From Balanoglossus misakiensis (lineage: Eukaryota; Animalia; Hemichordata), in contig CM082585.2 in the NCBI GenBank assembly GCA_040954595.2, forward strand, positions 9,722,564 through 9,786,563: a stretch of 64,000 nt of DNA, given 5' to 3'. This document shows positions 1-12,800 of this stretch, one piece after another. The position numbers were made by a program, and so were the translations under genes. The notes under the pieces were generated by a model, which saw only the letters and a list, made by a program, of their open reading frames with translations, was not told the DNA's origin and made no database searches. Position 1 is the stretch's first letter. The number at the start of each line of letters is the position of its first letter.

Positions 1-3000
1 TAGCCAGCACGATAACTGTAACAGAACATGCCAGTGGTTATCATCACGGTTAATTGAAATTGCATCTGCTGAAGAAGGCTTGCCATTTTATTTAAATTAA
101 TCATTCGTGATGACAGACAACACAGGCAATCCCATGTCGTTGTGGTGTTTGAATCACTCTCAAGAAACAAAATAATCAACAAAAAGCTAATCAAGCAATG
201 TATTACATAAAAATAAGTTGTGTAAGAATGAGTGGAAACGTGGTAAATAAATTGGTATAGACACTCAGTGTGTTATGCCTGTGAGTAGCAATCTATCCAA
301 ATCATTTCAACCTTGGGACTTAATTCGATGTTCTATGGACGCAGACCAATTTATGGAAATGGTCTGCAGAAAGCCAGCGATACACGTTTGACTACATTAA
401 CGGGAAATTGCTTGGCTGTGGAAACCTGTCATTGAAGAAAATAGCCTGTGCGGGTGATCCGGAATCAAACATGTATTTAGAAAATGAATTGGAACATACG
501 CATTAGCAAATGGGGCAAATGTCAAACACAGTTAACTTGCTGTGAATGCAGCCTGTTAAATACGATTAAATTATAGGGAGTGTTTAGATTTGTGCGTCTC
601 AAAAGAAACCATTGCTTTAACTTTTTGAGTTGTTTATAGATGTTGTCACATGTACTGGTACTGCTATAATAGGGCGAAATTCTGTCTTGTGAATTTTTAA
701 ATAAGGGAGTAACCATAATTTGCCGCGCTTGAAGTCACATTTCATGGATAATAGTGCATTATCTTACACCCTGGCTTTTAAATGAGTAAATCAGAACATG
801 TTAATCACCTGTACCACTGTAAGCAAAATTGCCTTTTTGTAAAAAGTGGTGTAATTTAACTGCAATTGGTAGGGTACCATTATTATTATCATCATAAATT
901 CCGTATTAAGAATGCCTCTGCAGTGTCAATCTACTCATCCTCTGGTTAACCCTATTTACTGCAGAAAATCGGTCAAGCAACATGGAATTTGTCACCTTGT
1001 GCATCTGTTAGACATCAGTTAACGCTGTCATTTCCTCACCAATGCATCCTCACACCTGACTTCACAGCTCTGTGATGTCATGGGTGATGATTTGACATGT
1101 CCCATATGAGTTAACGCGGAGAGTAACATCCGCACACACACATGTACTGAGTGAAGCATATTGCAAATTCAATTGTGGTTATTTTACAACTAAACGTTCT
1201 ATTCCTCTCAAATCAGAAATTAACATCGTCGTCTCTTGCATTACTTGAATGTACATTTGCACAAAGGATCAGAGCAAAACAGGATATGTGACATTAGGGA
1301 CATTGACCTTTAGAATGACATCACTGAGTGTGGTCATGTCGGAGACTTATTTTAATTGCTAGGCATCGTCAGTTGTGTCAAAGATAATAGGCAATTTAAC
1401 CCGCTCCTTGCAAGAACGAGGACATACTACATTTGTAGTAGTGAATGGCAAACAGAAGGGGTTCAGGGTTTAAACTGTGAAGTAAAAACCCAAATGAACA
1501 TTTCGCGACCAGGCACTGTTTATTGTACGTGTTGATTTATACTGGTTGTTCGTTAGAGTCGTAATTCACTGGTAACCTCCAAAGACCTTTGACTTTATAA
1601 CCATGTGCTTAAACACATGAAGTACTTGTTATTGCGGTAGGTTATTAGGATTCCCCACCATGATGGATTCACATCACGTACCTTGACGATGTGATTCTAA
1701 TATCCGCGAGCTTTCGCGTCAACCAAGTTGTTTGTTTAACTTTTCTGAGCAAGTCGTTCACAGAATCCGCCGTCCAAACAACTTGTAAAAGTCAGGCGGC
1801 AATTACAGTTCTTGATCTGTGAAACACAGCTTGTTGCGTGTGTATTCCAGGTATTAAGTAAACTCGGTTCTGTCTTGCCAATCACGTTATCAGCAGATAC
1901 CATTGTTGTTCTGTGTTTGACTTAGGGACGGGAACGAGCAGAATTTTATTACTGCTACTTCTCTCGCATATTTATACTTTGGAGCCGAAATTGGTTTCAA
2001 TTACAAAGTGCCATGTGCTTATTAATAGAACCATAGAAAGTATAGAAGTGAGCGCGGCAACAGGAATGTATGTTTAGGCACTCTCCACATGTTTATTATC
2101 ACATCAAAGGTCAAAAAAGGGACATTCTAACCAATAATACCAGAGCGTGTCTGTTACTTATTCGGCAAGTTGAATGTGAATCGCCCAGGCTTCATGATAC
2201 GTTACAATTTCAATTTACCTCTAACTAGAGCTAGTTGCATTTATCTGAATTCCATGTCATACAAACAACTGTTATTCTTCTCATTTGCATACCCAAGTCC
2301 AAGGCTATAAGTGTGTGTACGTAAACCATTCAGAATTCTGGAAAACTGTGATGATCCCCCATGATTTGTTTTCCACCCTTGCACGTTTAATTTATTTTCA
2401 CTGAGGTACCAAACAGATCACATGCTTTTGTATGAGAACATGCTTTCGATTGATTGACATGTCAGGGTGCCTTCGGGACTTTTGCACAGATGACTGTTCT
2501 CACGTTTATCACGTTTAATTATCAAAACAAGCCACCGAAGTTTATCTCAGCAGACGCTAAAGGCTACCTTAAATGTCAATGACTAAAACTTCTCATCGAT
2601 CAAAATATTAGTGTAGTACTTTCTGCCAATTGAGTGGTTTTAGCAACATGGACGGACGATTTAAGCAAATTTAGATTAATGAGATAGCAGGGTTTACACT
2701 CACATAAGTTGGAATTTGATTCAACACAGCTTTCACAAGTATCTCTTGACCAGACTAAACAAAGGCGGCAAAATTGTTAGTTCTGGGACTGGATTATACC
2801 ATGATTGCATGGACGTCATCGGTACTTTGATTACGAAATGCATGACTTAACTAAGTTGAAAGCTTGGATTATTTTGAACAAGAGACTAACACAGCGAGAT
2901 TTCCGCATGTTTGATAAATATAAAGGGGTTTAGTGGAAGAATTGGGGCAGTTAGTTTCAGCAGTGCCAAAACAGACAGAAATGTAGAGCTATTCTGGGTA

Positions 3001-5184
3001 ACAGAATATGCGAAAACCAATTTCGAGTGTCTTGATAGAGGCTTTTTAATTATCGTGTCTAGTCCTAGATTTGCAATTAAAGGGCTCTATCTTTTATGCT
3101 TTGGGCCACTTGCCACTAGATCCTATGTATCTGTTTGCCCGAGCACATGGCAACACACTGATAGACACCTGGTTTTACATGTCTGATGACGTTCGCGAAA
3201 ATCGAAAGCATTGATTGGGAATAAAGCCTGTAGATAGGCTTATAAGTTGAGTGTTGTACAAGGGGGTTACCCAACGACTTTTGTCGAGTAGGAGACCGTC
3301 TCAGTCTGTTCAACAAACCACTAGGTTTCGAATAGAATATAGTGTATAGCCACCAACCCATCCACTCAAAATGCCCACACACCTACTTGTCCGTCCCACT
3401 CTCAATCCATCCATCTGTCCCCCACCCACCCCCAACCAACCCAATCTTGCAATAAGGGAGGGATAGAGAGACACACACACTCAGACATAGATAGAAGGGT
3501 TTCATTTCAAAACATAACATGACCCGTTGCACTAAACTCGTTTTGGAAAAACACATCACTGATGATATTAAACAGACAGAGCAATTGTTTCTGTCATATT
3601 AATAATTCAGTGCAATTGAAATCCAATCTGCTCTGAAGACAGGGATTTATTACCCAGAGTATAAAAGTTTAACGCTTAACGACGTTGTGCGAAATGTTGC
3701 AGAAGTTACTTAAGGTGAATTAAGACTTGGGAAATGTGTTTATAGTACTGTCTGCGATGCAATCAGCACAAATGTGCACAACATCAGCCAAGATTAAGCA
3801 AGCAATGGCTTATTTAATATATACCAAATACAGTATGAAAACACAGTATTCATCCAAACTATCGAATGCAAGTCAGCAATGTGAATACACGCCATTTAGG
3901 CCAGCTGAAATAATTTTAAAGAGAAAAAAGCACAGACCTATCACATTCTATATTAATATGCCAGCCACAGACACTTCAATGAATCCTTTAACAGGCTGGA
4001 CAAATTTGCACGCAACAAAGAGCACCCTGCAATAACATCAGTCGCAAATTTCACGTGAATTACATATGTATGTAAGCCCTAATCAAATAACCTCCACCCT
4101 GGTAGAACAGAACGTAAAAAATGGTTGTCATTGTAGATGACTAAACTGTTGATATCATTAAATTATTCACGGCAATTTCAGTGCAATTACTGAATGTGCT
4201 TTAGAATATGAGGTTTTGAAAACCCATTTTGACGCATTTACTATTTCATGGTACATTAATCTCCACCAATCGAGTCTTTAATAATATCTTTCCATCAGAG
4301 AAAAATAGCGTATTCGTACTACTTTATGCCAGTGCAGTTATATTTTACACCAGGCGAGGCAAGTTCGCTAACATTTAAACGGTAGATAAGGTAATACGTA
4401 GTCACAATTTACATAATTGTAAGGGAGTGTAAATCTGTACATGCGTGCCTTCTAATAATATTGCCAATTTCTCAACGTCAGTTCGCTGTTTACCAGGAAT
4501 TTACCTCACAGTCAATTGAAAATACAAAACATTGTTTGTCATGTTTTTCCATATCTTCTGGTGTTTCCTCTGAAGGTGTGTACACTAGGAAGTTGGAACT
4601 GTCCTTTGATTCGCATTGAACGTGATTTTAATAGTCAACCAACGAATGGTGTTTTTTTCTCTTACCCGTGGGAGTGCTGTTGTGACATGTTTACAGAATG
4701 ATCAGGTCTGTTCAGACAGGCGTTGGACCATTCTGGAGTCAGACCAGCGTGAAACGCAATAATGATCACTATGTCAACCGCGCGTGCTTTCTTTGTGATT
4801 TGACGTCCGTTCAGGTATTCCACACGCGAGGGAAATAAACGATTGTATGGCTAGACCACTTGGGAGGCCAAATAAATCAATGTGAAAATTGCGGTTTTAT
4901 TGTTCGTGGAGTGCTGTACTACGATTGTACACAGACATTCTGTGGCTGAGCCTTGGATATGATAGTTGAAGCCTTGGCACTGCTTCACGCTGAGTGAAAA
5001 TTCGTCCTCTTCAAATGACAAGTTTTGATATTTTTTGGAACTCTACTAATTTGATACGTACTCAGTAGATATCCCCTCTCCCCTTTTCAACATCAAGTTA
5101 TGCACCTCTGTCTGTATGTGTTTGTTTGTTTGTTTTTCAATCAATCTATCGCTCGATTGATCGGCTATATAATCAATCTCTCAT

Positions 5185-5225
5185 TCAGTCAGTCACTCAC
5201 TCACTCACTCTCTCACTCACTCATT
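5185..5225 (+). repeat. Short (CAGT/CACT)n tetranucleotide repeat
   Basis: cagtcagtcactcactcactcactctctcactcactc. Confidence 0.7.
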
Positions 5226-6895
5226 CCTTCATAGTGAAAATAGTTAATAACTTATAATACTTAAATTGTTGTTCAATTCAAACAAACTTCTTCGCAATTT
5301 AAACTTCATCAAAAGAGTAAACTCCCTTGAGCGACATAAGTGTAACCTTTAATCAAAGTTTAGGTTTCATAACATCATGTTTTGAATAAACAAATTATAC
5401 TGGTGTTTGACCATTGTGGTTTCAATATTCTAAGTTTGATTTGTGCTTTTGTGATGTTCAGTAATTAGCTATCTGATTATGACGAACGTGTTTGTTACTT
5501 TAATCCTGAGTTGGTTAATTCCACTTTTTTTAATACGCTTATAATTTTCGATTTGTGAAATTCTTTGTCGTCGTTTGGGCCTGGTTTATATATTTTCTTC
5601 TGCCATATATCATTCAGTGATTGAAATTGAGGTGCTATTCAGTAAGCAAAGTTTATAGAAGAAGCAGATAATAATTTTGTCTGTAAAGGACGCAGTGCCC
5701 TTTTGCGGTTTCTTGGTTTCACAATTATTTAATAATTGTCATCTATTCAGACCCAATCTTGCGTTAATACATAACGGCGCACAGATGTCAAAAATAGCAA
5801 TGCCAGAAATCATGGTGACGGCAGAAGGGCAATTACGTGCGCAGATGTGGGTTTGTGTGAGGGTCTTTGTCAGAGCGTGACTATTGATGTTCACAAAGGG
5901 TGATAATTGATGTATTCAGCTGTCCTGTCTCAGGGGGAAGGTGGAATTGCGATTCGGCAACAAACACACACAAAATGGGCCGGGGCTATGTCGTTAGCTG
6001 TACAAGAGGCAGCGGCCGTGAAACAAACCAATGAATAAGTAAAGAAAATCGTGAGGTACATAATCCATTCGCCCGTTGAGGACATCTCTACGTCATAGCC
6101 AGCAAGCGCGGAATGTTGAAGTGCGTGGTCCCTCGCGAATTCAACAAATTTGAGGAACTCACGCACAATTTCCAAAAACGGAGGAAAATGCCTTGGAAAC
6201 AAAAAACACACCAAGTGCACAGGCAACAACAGCGAACAACCGCAACAACAGAAAAGGACAAATTACTTTTACTGATAAAAGGCGGAATAGTGCATCGATT
6301 GTTGGTGTGCAAATGACTTTATGGTGAAAAGTAGGTTTCGGTCGATTATGTACTGCTGTTAATTGCGACAGGTACGGCAACTGAAAACTTCCTGGTGCAA
6401 ACATAATGTGTTTTCTGACTGCGAAGCATATTAGTACACTGTCTGAATGTTAGTACAACATGTGTATACATTTTTTAAGTCACGCACGTGTTTCATGTTA
6501 CAAGTCTGAACGCAGCTTACAGTTGTTCCGTCATGTAAACACTATTCCGATAACGTATCTTTTTGGACATGTTCCAAGGAGATACACCACACGGATATTT
6601 CAAGAGTTATCAGTCACCTCCTGGTGACCCTGAGCTCATGTGATTAAATCAGAATGTAATACTTCCTGTTTTATTGTCACATGCTCCATCAGAAATTCTC
6701 GGTCGCAAATGTTTTCACTTCGAAACAACTACAGACGTCGAGTATGTTTGTTTACATGCGTAAATTTGTCATTTGTGGCACGTCATGGCAGCATAGAAGT
6801 ATTTATCCTTGAGTATAATCCACTTACCTGTCCGTAAACCCATCAGTGATGTTTGATTTTTATGTAGGGTATGTTTCCATTGCAACGCATTCGAT

Positions 6896-7244
6896 TTAAG
6901 GTATTACGGCGCCTCGCAAATCAAAGTCTTAAACGTTTTCTCAGATTATGCTCAAGGCAACTTTAGACTATTTTCTCTTAAAATTGAGCGTCATTGTACA
7001 AAATGTGGAATGGTGAGCAAAATTGTCTGAAATTTGAAATACAAAATGGCCGCCAATCTCTGTCTTAACTCTTGGAGAAAATTTAATGTAGTGAATTATA
7101 TGAAAACAACACGAACACCCAGTTTTCTTCTTTGTTTTCAAAAGTAATCCTCACACACTTTACTATATCAAAGATTAAAAAGGTTTGGAGGACTTCAAGT
7201 TTCTGAAAATCTGTCCCCGAGTGATATATATTGTATTACCTTTA
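6896..7244. mobile_element. Diverged TTAA-flanked MITE (Kolobok-like) in intron 1 of the guanylate cyclase gene
   Basis: TTAA-GGTATTAC...GTATTACC-TTTA: 8-bp termini with one mismatch and a degenerate TSD. Subterminal gcgcctcg / cgagtg and an internal TTTGAAATACAAAATGGCCGCC core resemble an abundant invertebrate MITE family (from memory). Confidence 0.6.
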
Positions 7245-8300
7245 TAGAGAAAGGTAGCCAAGTGATTTTAGTTGGTGTTCACCTGATATCGCTCTGTTCA
7301 AAATTAAAGTTCCATGGAGCGAGTGGCTTTTAGGCATTGTAACGTAACATACACAGGCACTCGCTGGCTACCCGTAGCTTGCACTATTCTTACAAGATAG
7401 TTGAATACACACAAACTCTCGAGAGAAACTGATATAATAGGAGTCTACCGACAAAGTCCCTCACGACTAAAGCCGTGGTTTCATCTATTTTATAGCAACA
7501 GACATTTGTGAATTCTCCCTATTGTTCAACCTCATGGCAAATTTAATTTGTTCTATTCCATCTAATCCGCAGGCATATTTTGATCCAAATGACATACGTG
7601 AACTATATTTAGTTTAAAGGTTCTGGTTTTTGAGAGCGCGCGCCTCGGGTAAATTACACGGGTGTGAATAGAGTGTGCCGTAATTGGTTCAGGTAAAACG
7701 CGCACCTTATCGATGTGATATTTAGGGACATTAAAACGAAACCTTTCTGGGGAGGTGACTGCGTAGATTTGCGTGTGACTCTTTTATATAAAAAATCAAG
7801 AATCGAAGTACTGGTGCAAACTTTCTGTATTTGAAAGTACTTAGAGTTAACAAAGTACAATGTTAGCTGTTATATAAACGTGTATTACAGAGAATCTTTA
7901 GCACATAGTGATGAAATGAACTGAGGGTTGAATTTAACATGAGCTAATCAAAACTTTGACTGGAGTTTTGTCGCTCCGATCAACGACACCTTTCGCCCGT
8001 GGAGTCTCCCGCTGTCCTTGCGCGTTCAACCTCGGTCGAGACAACTACTTTACATCACTTTCAATCAAATGGCCATTGTTGGAGTAAATTACATCAAAAG
8101 AAAAAGGCATGCTTGTGTGTGTGACACATTACATCGATGGTTGTAATTGGAAGAAATCTAGGCATACTTAATTTTGGCAATCAAAATTGTTAATTTCTCT
8201 TTTGAAAATAAGTTGATTTATTTTCAGCATCTGTAAGTGAACAGAAACTGTAATAATCAAACCAGTTCAATACAAACATGAAAAAACGCGAAGCACTTAC

Positions 8301-8955
8301 TTCGAGACACACTGGCTGCTTCCGTTAAAATTTCCTCCGGGTCCTGATTCGCGATGTCGCCTTGAAAATAGTAGGAGACGGTGAAATTGGCCTCTTCCAC
8401 GGCCAGCCTGATACCCTCTGACGTAATCTCCCAAGTGGTGAAGTCGTCGCGAATGATGGAAATCAAGTCCCACCCGAAGGAGTCGCAGAACGCCTTGAAG
8501 AAGGCGCCCATCTTGTAGAAGGGTCCGAATGTCCGAATCAAGGTGGAGAACTCGTTCTTGTTCTGCATCTCGTTGGAGGAGCAGATGCCGCTGAACGTGG
8601 GGATGTTGTAGAAGACGGCCAGCCGCGCCGTCAGTCGGCAGCAGAGCGAGCAGAGCGGCCCGATGAAGCCCGTGTAGTTCCGCTGCTTCATCAGTTCCAC
8701 CACCGTGCCCAGCGTGTTGATGGGGTTGCACATGGTGTCGAAGAAGTCGTACGTTATGGTGTGGCCGGGCAGCAGGCTGGTGTCGTTGTTCACCTTGTCG
8801 ACGGCGTTGAGAGCGGCCGGTCCCGTCTTCACGATGTGGTACGGCAGCACTTGGATTGACGGCATCATTATGAGAACGTGAAACTCGTCGGCCGCCAGAC
8901 GTTGGCAAAACATTAGAGCCACGAGGACCGACACAGCTTTGGCAAGATTCATCAT
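8301..8955 (-). CDS. Membrane (receptor) guanylate cyclase / atrial natriuretic peptide receptor-like, first coding exon (signal peptide plus start of the extracellular ligand-binding domain); partial gene
   Basis: ORF 8257-8955 begins with a hydrophobic signal peptide (MMNLAKAVSVLVALMFCQRLAA). It then has motifs typical of ANF-receptor extracellular domains: AVDKVN..LLPGHTI..DTMC, FIGPLCS, AVFYNIP, FSTLIRT, FGWD. A strong GTAAGT donor sits at 8300 (phase 1), a tattttcttttAG acceptor precedes 9044, and a GTAAGT donor at 9876 suggests an upstream non-coding exon. I did not identify downstream exons in 1-8300. A cyclase domain is not visible, so an NPR-C-like or related receptor cannot be excluded. 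Confidence 0.8.
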
Positions 8956-9744
8956 TTTAGTCTAAGATCCGAAGTCAAGGATCCTATGGTGTTTTTAATT
9001 CTATCAACACACGAGTGAGACCGCGTCTCTTGTAGGAACCGGACCTAAAAGAAAATATCACGTGCAGACCTAAGTAATTCTAATGAACCGGCTGATCAAC
9101 ACAGTAATTATGATCATTTATTCAGTTCCCATGGCAACAAACGTAATCGGAATTGTCTGCTTTTGATCAATGAACGCGTATCCAATTGACTGGCAATGAA
9201 ATCGTTAACTCTAGAGATGTTTAAATATAATTTATTATATTCATTAGTCGGAAATCGTTGCATATCCATACATTTATTAGGAATTGTACTATTTTCCTGG
9301 TTCGGTCGATGTCTTGTTTCTTAGCGGTGATCAATGTTACCACAGACATTGCAAACGGGGCTTTGATGTTTTCTTGCCATTTCCAGTTTTATTGTAATTT
9401 TTTTTTGCGGTCGAACAAAATGCGAACGTTCCTTCAATTAAGGATTACAATTCCCCAGTACACAGTAATTGTTCTAACTTAGTGTATCTGTGTTCTTTCC
9501 CTAATTCCACCCATTGAATAGCAAAGTACATTCGTAAATGCAATTGAAAGGTCCCAATCATGCTTCGTACACTTTTCTTTTCGCAGTACCTATACTTTTT
9601 GATGTAGTTCCTAATGCCTGTTCTAAGAATACACAGACTTTGCTACCAGCGAAACTGTTCGTTGCATGTACACTTCGGATGAAGAGATGAATAATTTCAG
9701 CAACCCAAACCAATAGTTGACTGAACACATTTCCAATCAAATTT

Positions 9745-9835
9745 TGCACTTTCACCCCCAGTTCCATCTATAGAGGTCCAACTTTACCATAGAAAACAAA
9801 AGGTTTGGACCAAACCATGGTGGTGAAAGGGTTAA
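9745..9835 (+). mobile_element. ~90-bp MITE copy 1 (piggyBac-like GGG-TTAA end)
   Basis: ttcacccccagttcc...ggtccaactttaccatagaaaacaaaaggtttggaccaaaccatggtggtgaaagggTTAA is homologous to 21491-21582 and to the reverse complement of 62018-62109. Confidence 0.7.
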
Positions 9836-12800
9836 CCCTGTTTCGAGCAAAAACATCCGGATAGACTTCTACTTACCTCGCTGAAGATATGTTCTTGTAT
9901 GGCCTACAAACCGTTGGATATGGATGTAGTACTGTAGTATCATCCGATCGATGTGCTCGAGATGTTAACTCCAGCTTTGATGTTCATCCGTATGCACATG
10001 CAACTCATCGTGTTCCCGTTTTTACATATTTTTGCGGGGCGCCCCTTTCGCGTTGATTGATTTTCGTCACATTAAATGCTGTCTTCCAGGTGTAGCGAGG
10101 AGCTCAAGGCCACTGCCCGGCAGTGTGTTGTTCAAGCCGCGACCAGTGTGTCACAATCTGTCGAAGATTCCACAGCAGATGAGTACAAATGGGGTGGGCG
10201 CGGAGTGCGCATATCGAATGGAGTAAAATCGATCACGCTTCCTCAGATGTCGTATTCACCCGATACCCGAACGGAAAGTACGAATGCCTCAGACATGAAC
10301 AAATCTCGAATAATCTTCCGATCAAAATAAAATACAAGGTTTCAAGTCAACACCATTAAAAGATTATATTTCGCACTCAAGTTTTTTGGGCCGTTCCACG
10401 GGTTACTGTGTTAGTAAATTTTTAGGCCACACGCTGCCAACCAGCTTGTTAAAACCATCGAAAAGTGTTCCTCAAGTGCATTCTTAAAGGCTATAATTTA
10501 ATTGGCCCACGACTGATTGGGAACGTTAGCTCATTTTGTGTCCCGTGGCTCGGGCATACCTGAGAAATCTCGAAGGCTTATATTTAACTGGTATACAGTT
10601 TAGAACTTAATGATGTGGTTGTAATGCAATGTAAGATGTGTCTTGGCTACTCTAATAGCATTCTGATGATTTTAATCCGAGTTGTAAATTATACTAAGCA
10701 TATCAATGCCAAAGGTGCCTTAGTTCTTATTTGAGAGATGTATCATACAATTTGATTGGTTGATGGCTGCGCGCCTTGAGACTCTTGTCTACGCTAACCA
10801 ATCAGGTGGGACGTTTGCAGACTATAACTTCAGAGAGCGAACAGAGGTCAAAGTCAATGTCTAATCCAGCGATACGTCTTCATCAATAGCTAGGCTGCAC
10901 GTCCATTATCAAAGTCTGATTTTCCAATCGGAAACAGGAAACTACCCCTTCAGAGGTACTCTAAGTTATTATGCGGGTTGTTATCATCGATCATGAAGTC
11001 CATTGTACAACTTGTAATGCTATCGTTCACCACAACATCACATTACGACCAATGCCATGGTTGTTTTGGAAGAACTGTCTTGTTGGTTTGACATTGTAAT
11101 GATTATTAATATTAACTAAACGCAACTTTCAAAAGTAACTATGACAGAACGACTGATCAGACGATGGTGATATAGTTTTGCAAAGGGGTGAAACTGTTGT
11201 GTGTAGGACATACGTTCACGTATATTGTTTCCCGTCGGTAATTACTTTAGACTTTCACATGATGCCTAATATCACAATCAAGTCTGACTAGCTATTTCGT
11301 TAAGGACACCAGATCAAGGAACCTAACAGGCATAGCCGTACATACAACCTCAGTCAATTATTGTATTGGAAATTGCATTTTCGTACTTAGGCACGTCATA
11401 TGAAGAGAGTCGCCAGTGTTGAACGTGTATTTTTTATGTTGTACCTATTGACATACTATTCCATCAATCTCTTTTTTCATTTTGTTTGGATTATTTGGTG
11501 ACAATTAAAGCGTCTTCTGTATCTCATTCTCGCTTACAATGAGAACATCTGTTCCACGACAGATTACCTGACTTGTCAGTATTCAAGGCGAATTGCGGTA
11601 TCGCCCTCGGAAGAATGCGTAATCGCTGTTGTGAGTCCAGATTTACCGAGGCATAACTGCCAATTGAAACGACACCCGAATATTTGAAAACGTAAAGGTG
11701 GGATGGGGGTCACGTCACATGTCCGATCTCTGAGTCGCATACATCAACATTACCTGATTAACCGTCGACATTTTTAGCCATTTGTGTTAGAAATCTTTAC
11801 AAAACGTCTAATAACCGAACTCGAGACTTGATCACGAACTACTTAGTGAATCTGAATAATTTATCGCTGAGTGAACGGCATTCTCATATGTTCTACGTCG
11901 AACCTAAGCTAAATGTCACCACTCCGAATGTTGCCATATCCATGTGAAATTCATATCACTTGAATTTCTGTATGGTTGCCATGGTACCGTGCCTCGCGTC
12001 ACTGCTTTCGATGGCGCGTTGTATAAATAAAACAAAGCGAGCTCATCGAATAGTCTTGGAGGCAGAAGTGTCGCCTGTAACAATTGTTTTCAAACTGAAG
12101 CAATTTGCGGAAATGTGAAAGTGATCCAGGTTATTGCAAAGAATCATGGCAGGTTCCGTTGTACAGAATAGGTTTGCTGAGTGACAGTCTTGTAAAGAGA
12201 AAGTCTAAATACACGAATGGTGAAAATATAAGGCAGGGGATTTTCTCCTACGCCTCGAGTTGTTGGCTTACCTTAAAATTGTCCCTTCGTGGAATGCTCC
12301 GGAGATTAAGTCATGGCAGATTTATATATGATGAAAACAGCTAGTAACATCCCGGAGGTCAAAACTTACAGGCGCCATAGAAGAGCAACAGGAGATTTCA
12401 CAGACGATGTTCATTGGCGATGTCGCGTAAAAAAGTCTATGTGACGATACGTAATGACGCATATCGTGTTATATCGGGGTTACACGTGTCAGCGTTTCTC
12501 GGCTCATGGTACGGTGGACCCCGTAACACAACACGTATATATAGACTGGCCAAGATTCAATCGAGTTGCTATCAAAGTCCCCCCGGGGCAGCAATGCCCT
12601 GCGGCTCTGCTACAATATCGATTAGATATGTCCCTCCCTTTGTGTCAGTATGAAAGGAGAAACACGAATAGAGCCGTGCAGCTATAGTTCAGCATATTTC
12701 CAGTTAAATAACGCTCTCTGTCAAACAGAGGTCACATTGTACCACTTGTGTGACATGAGTATATGTTTGTGCTGTTTCGGAAACGTGTCATTGTTAGTGA

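Noticed and set aside
5930-6404. Several overlapping short ORFs inside the cyclase intron (possible nested gene)
   Set aside because: Low-complexity A/C-rich sequence with no domain similarity and no consistent exon boundaries.
8297-8908. 203-aa alternative-frame ORF overlapping the guanylate cyclase exon
   Set aside because: The Arg/His/Gly-rich shifted frame is what strong GC3 codon bias in the real exon produces; it has no recognisable domain.
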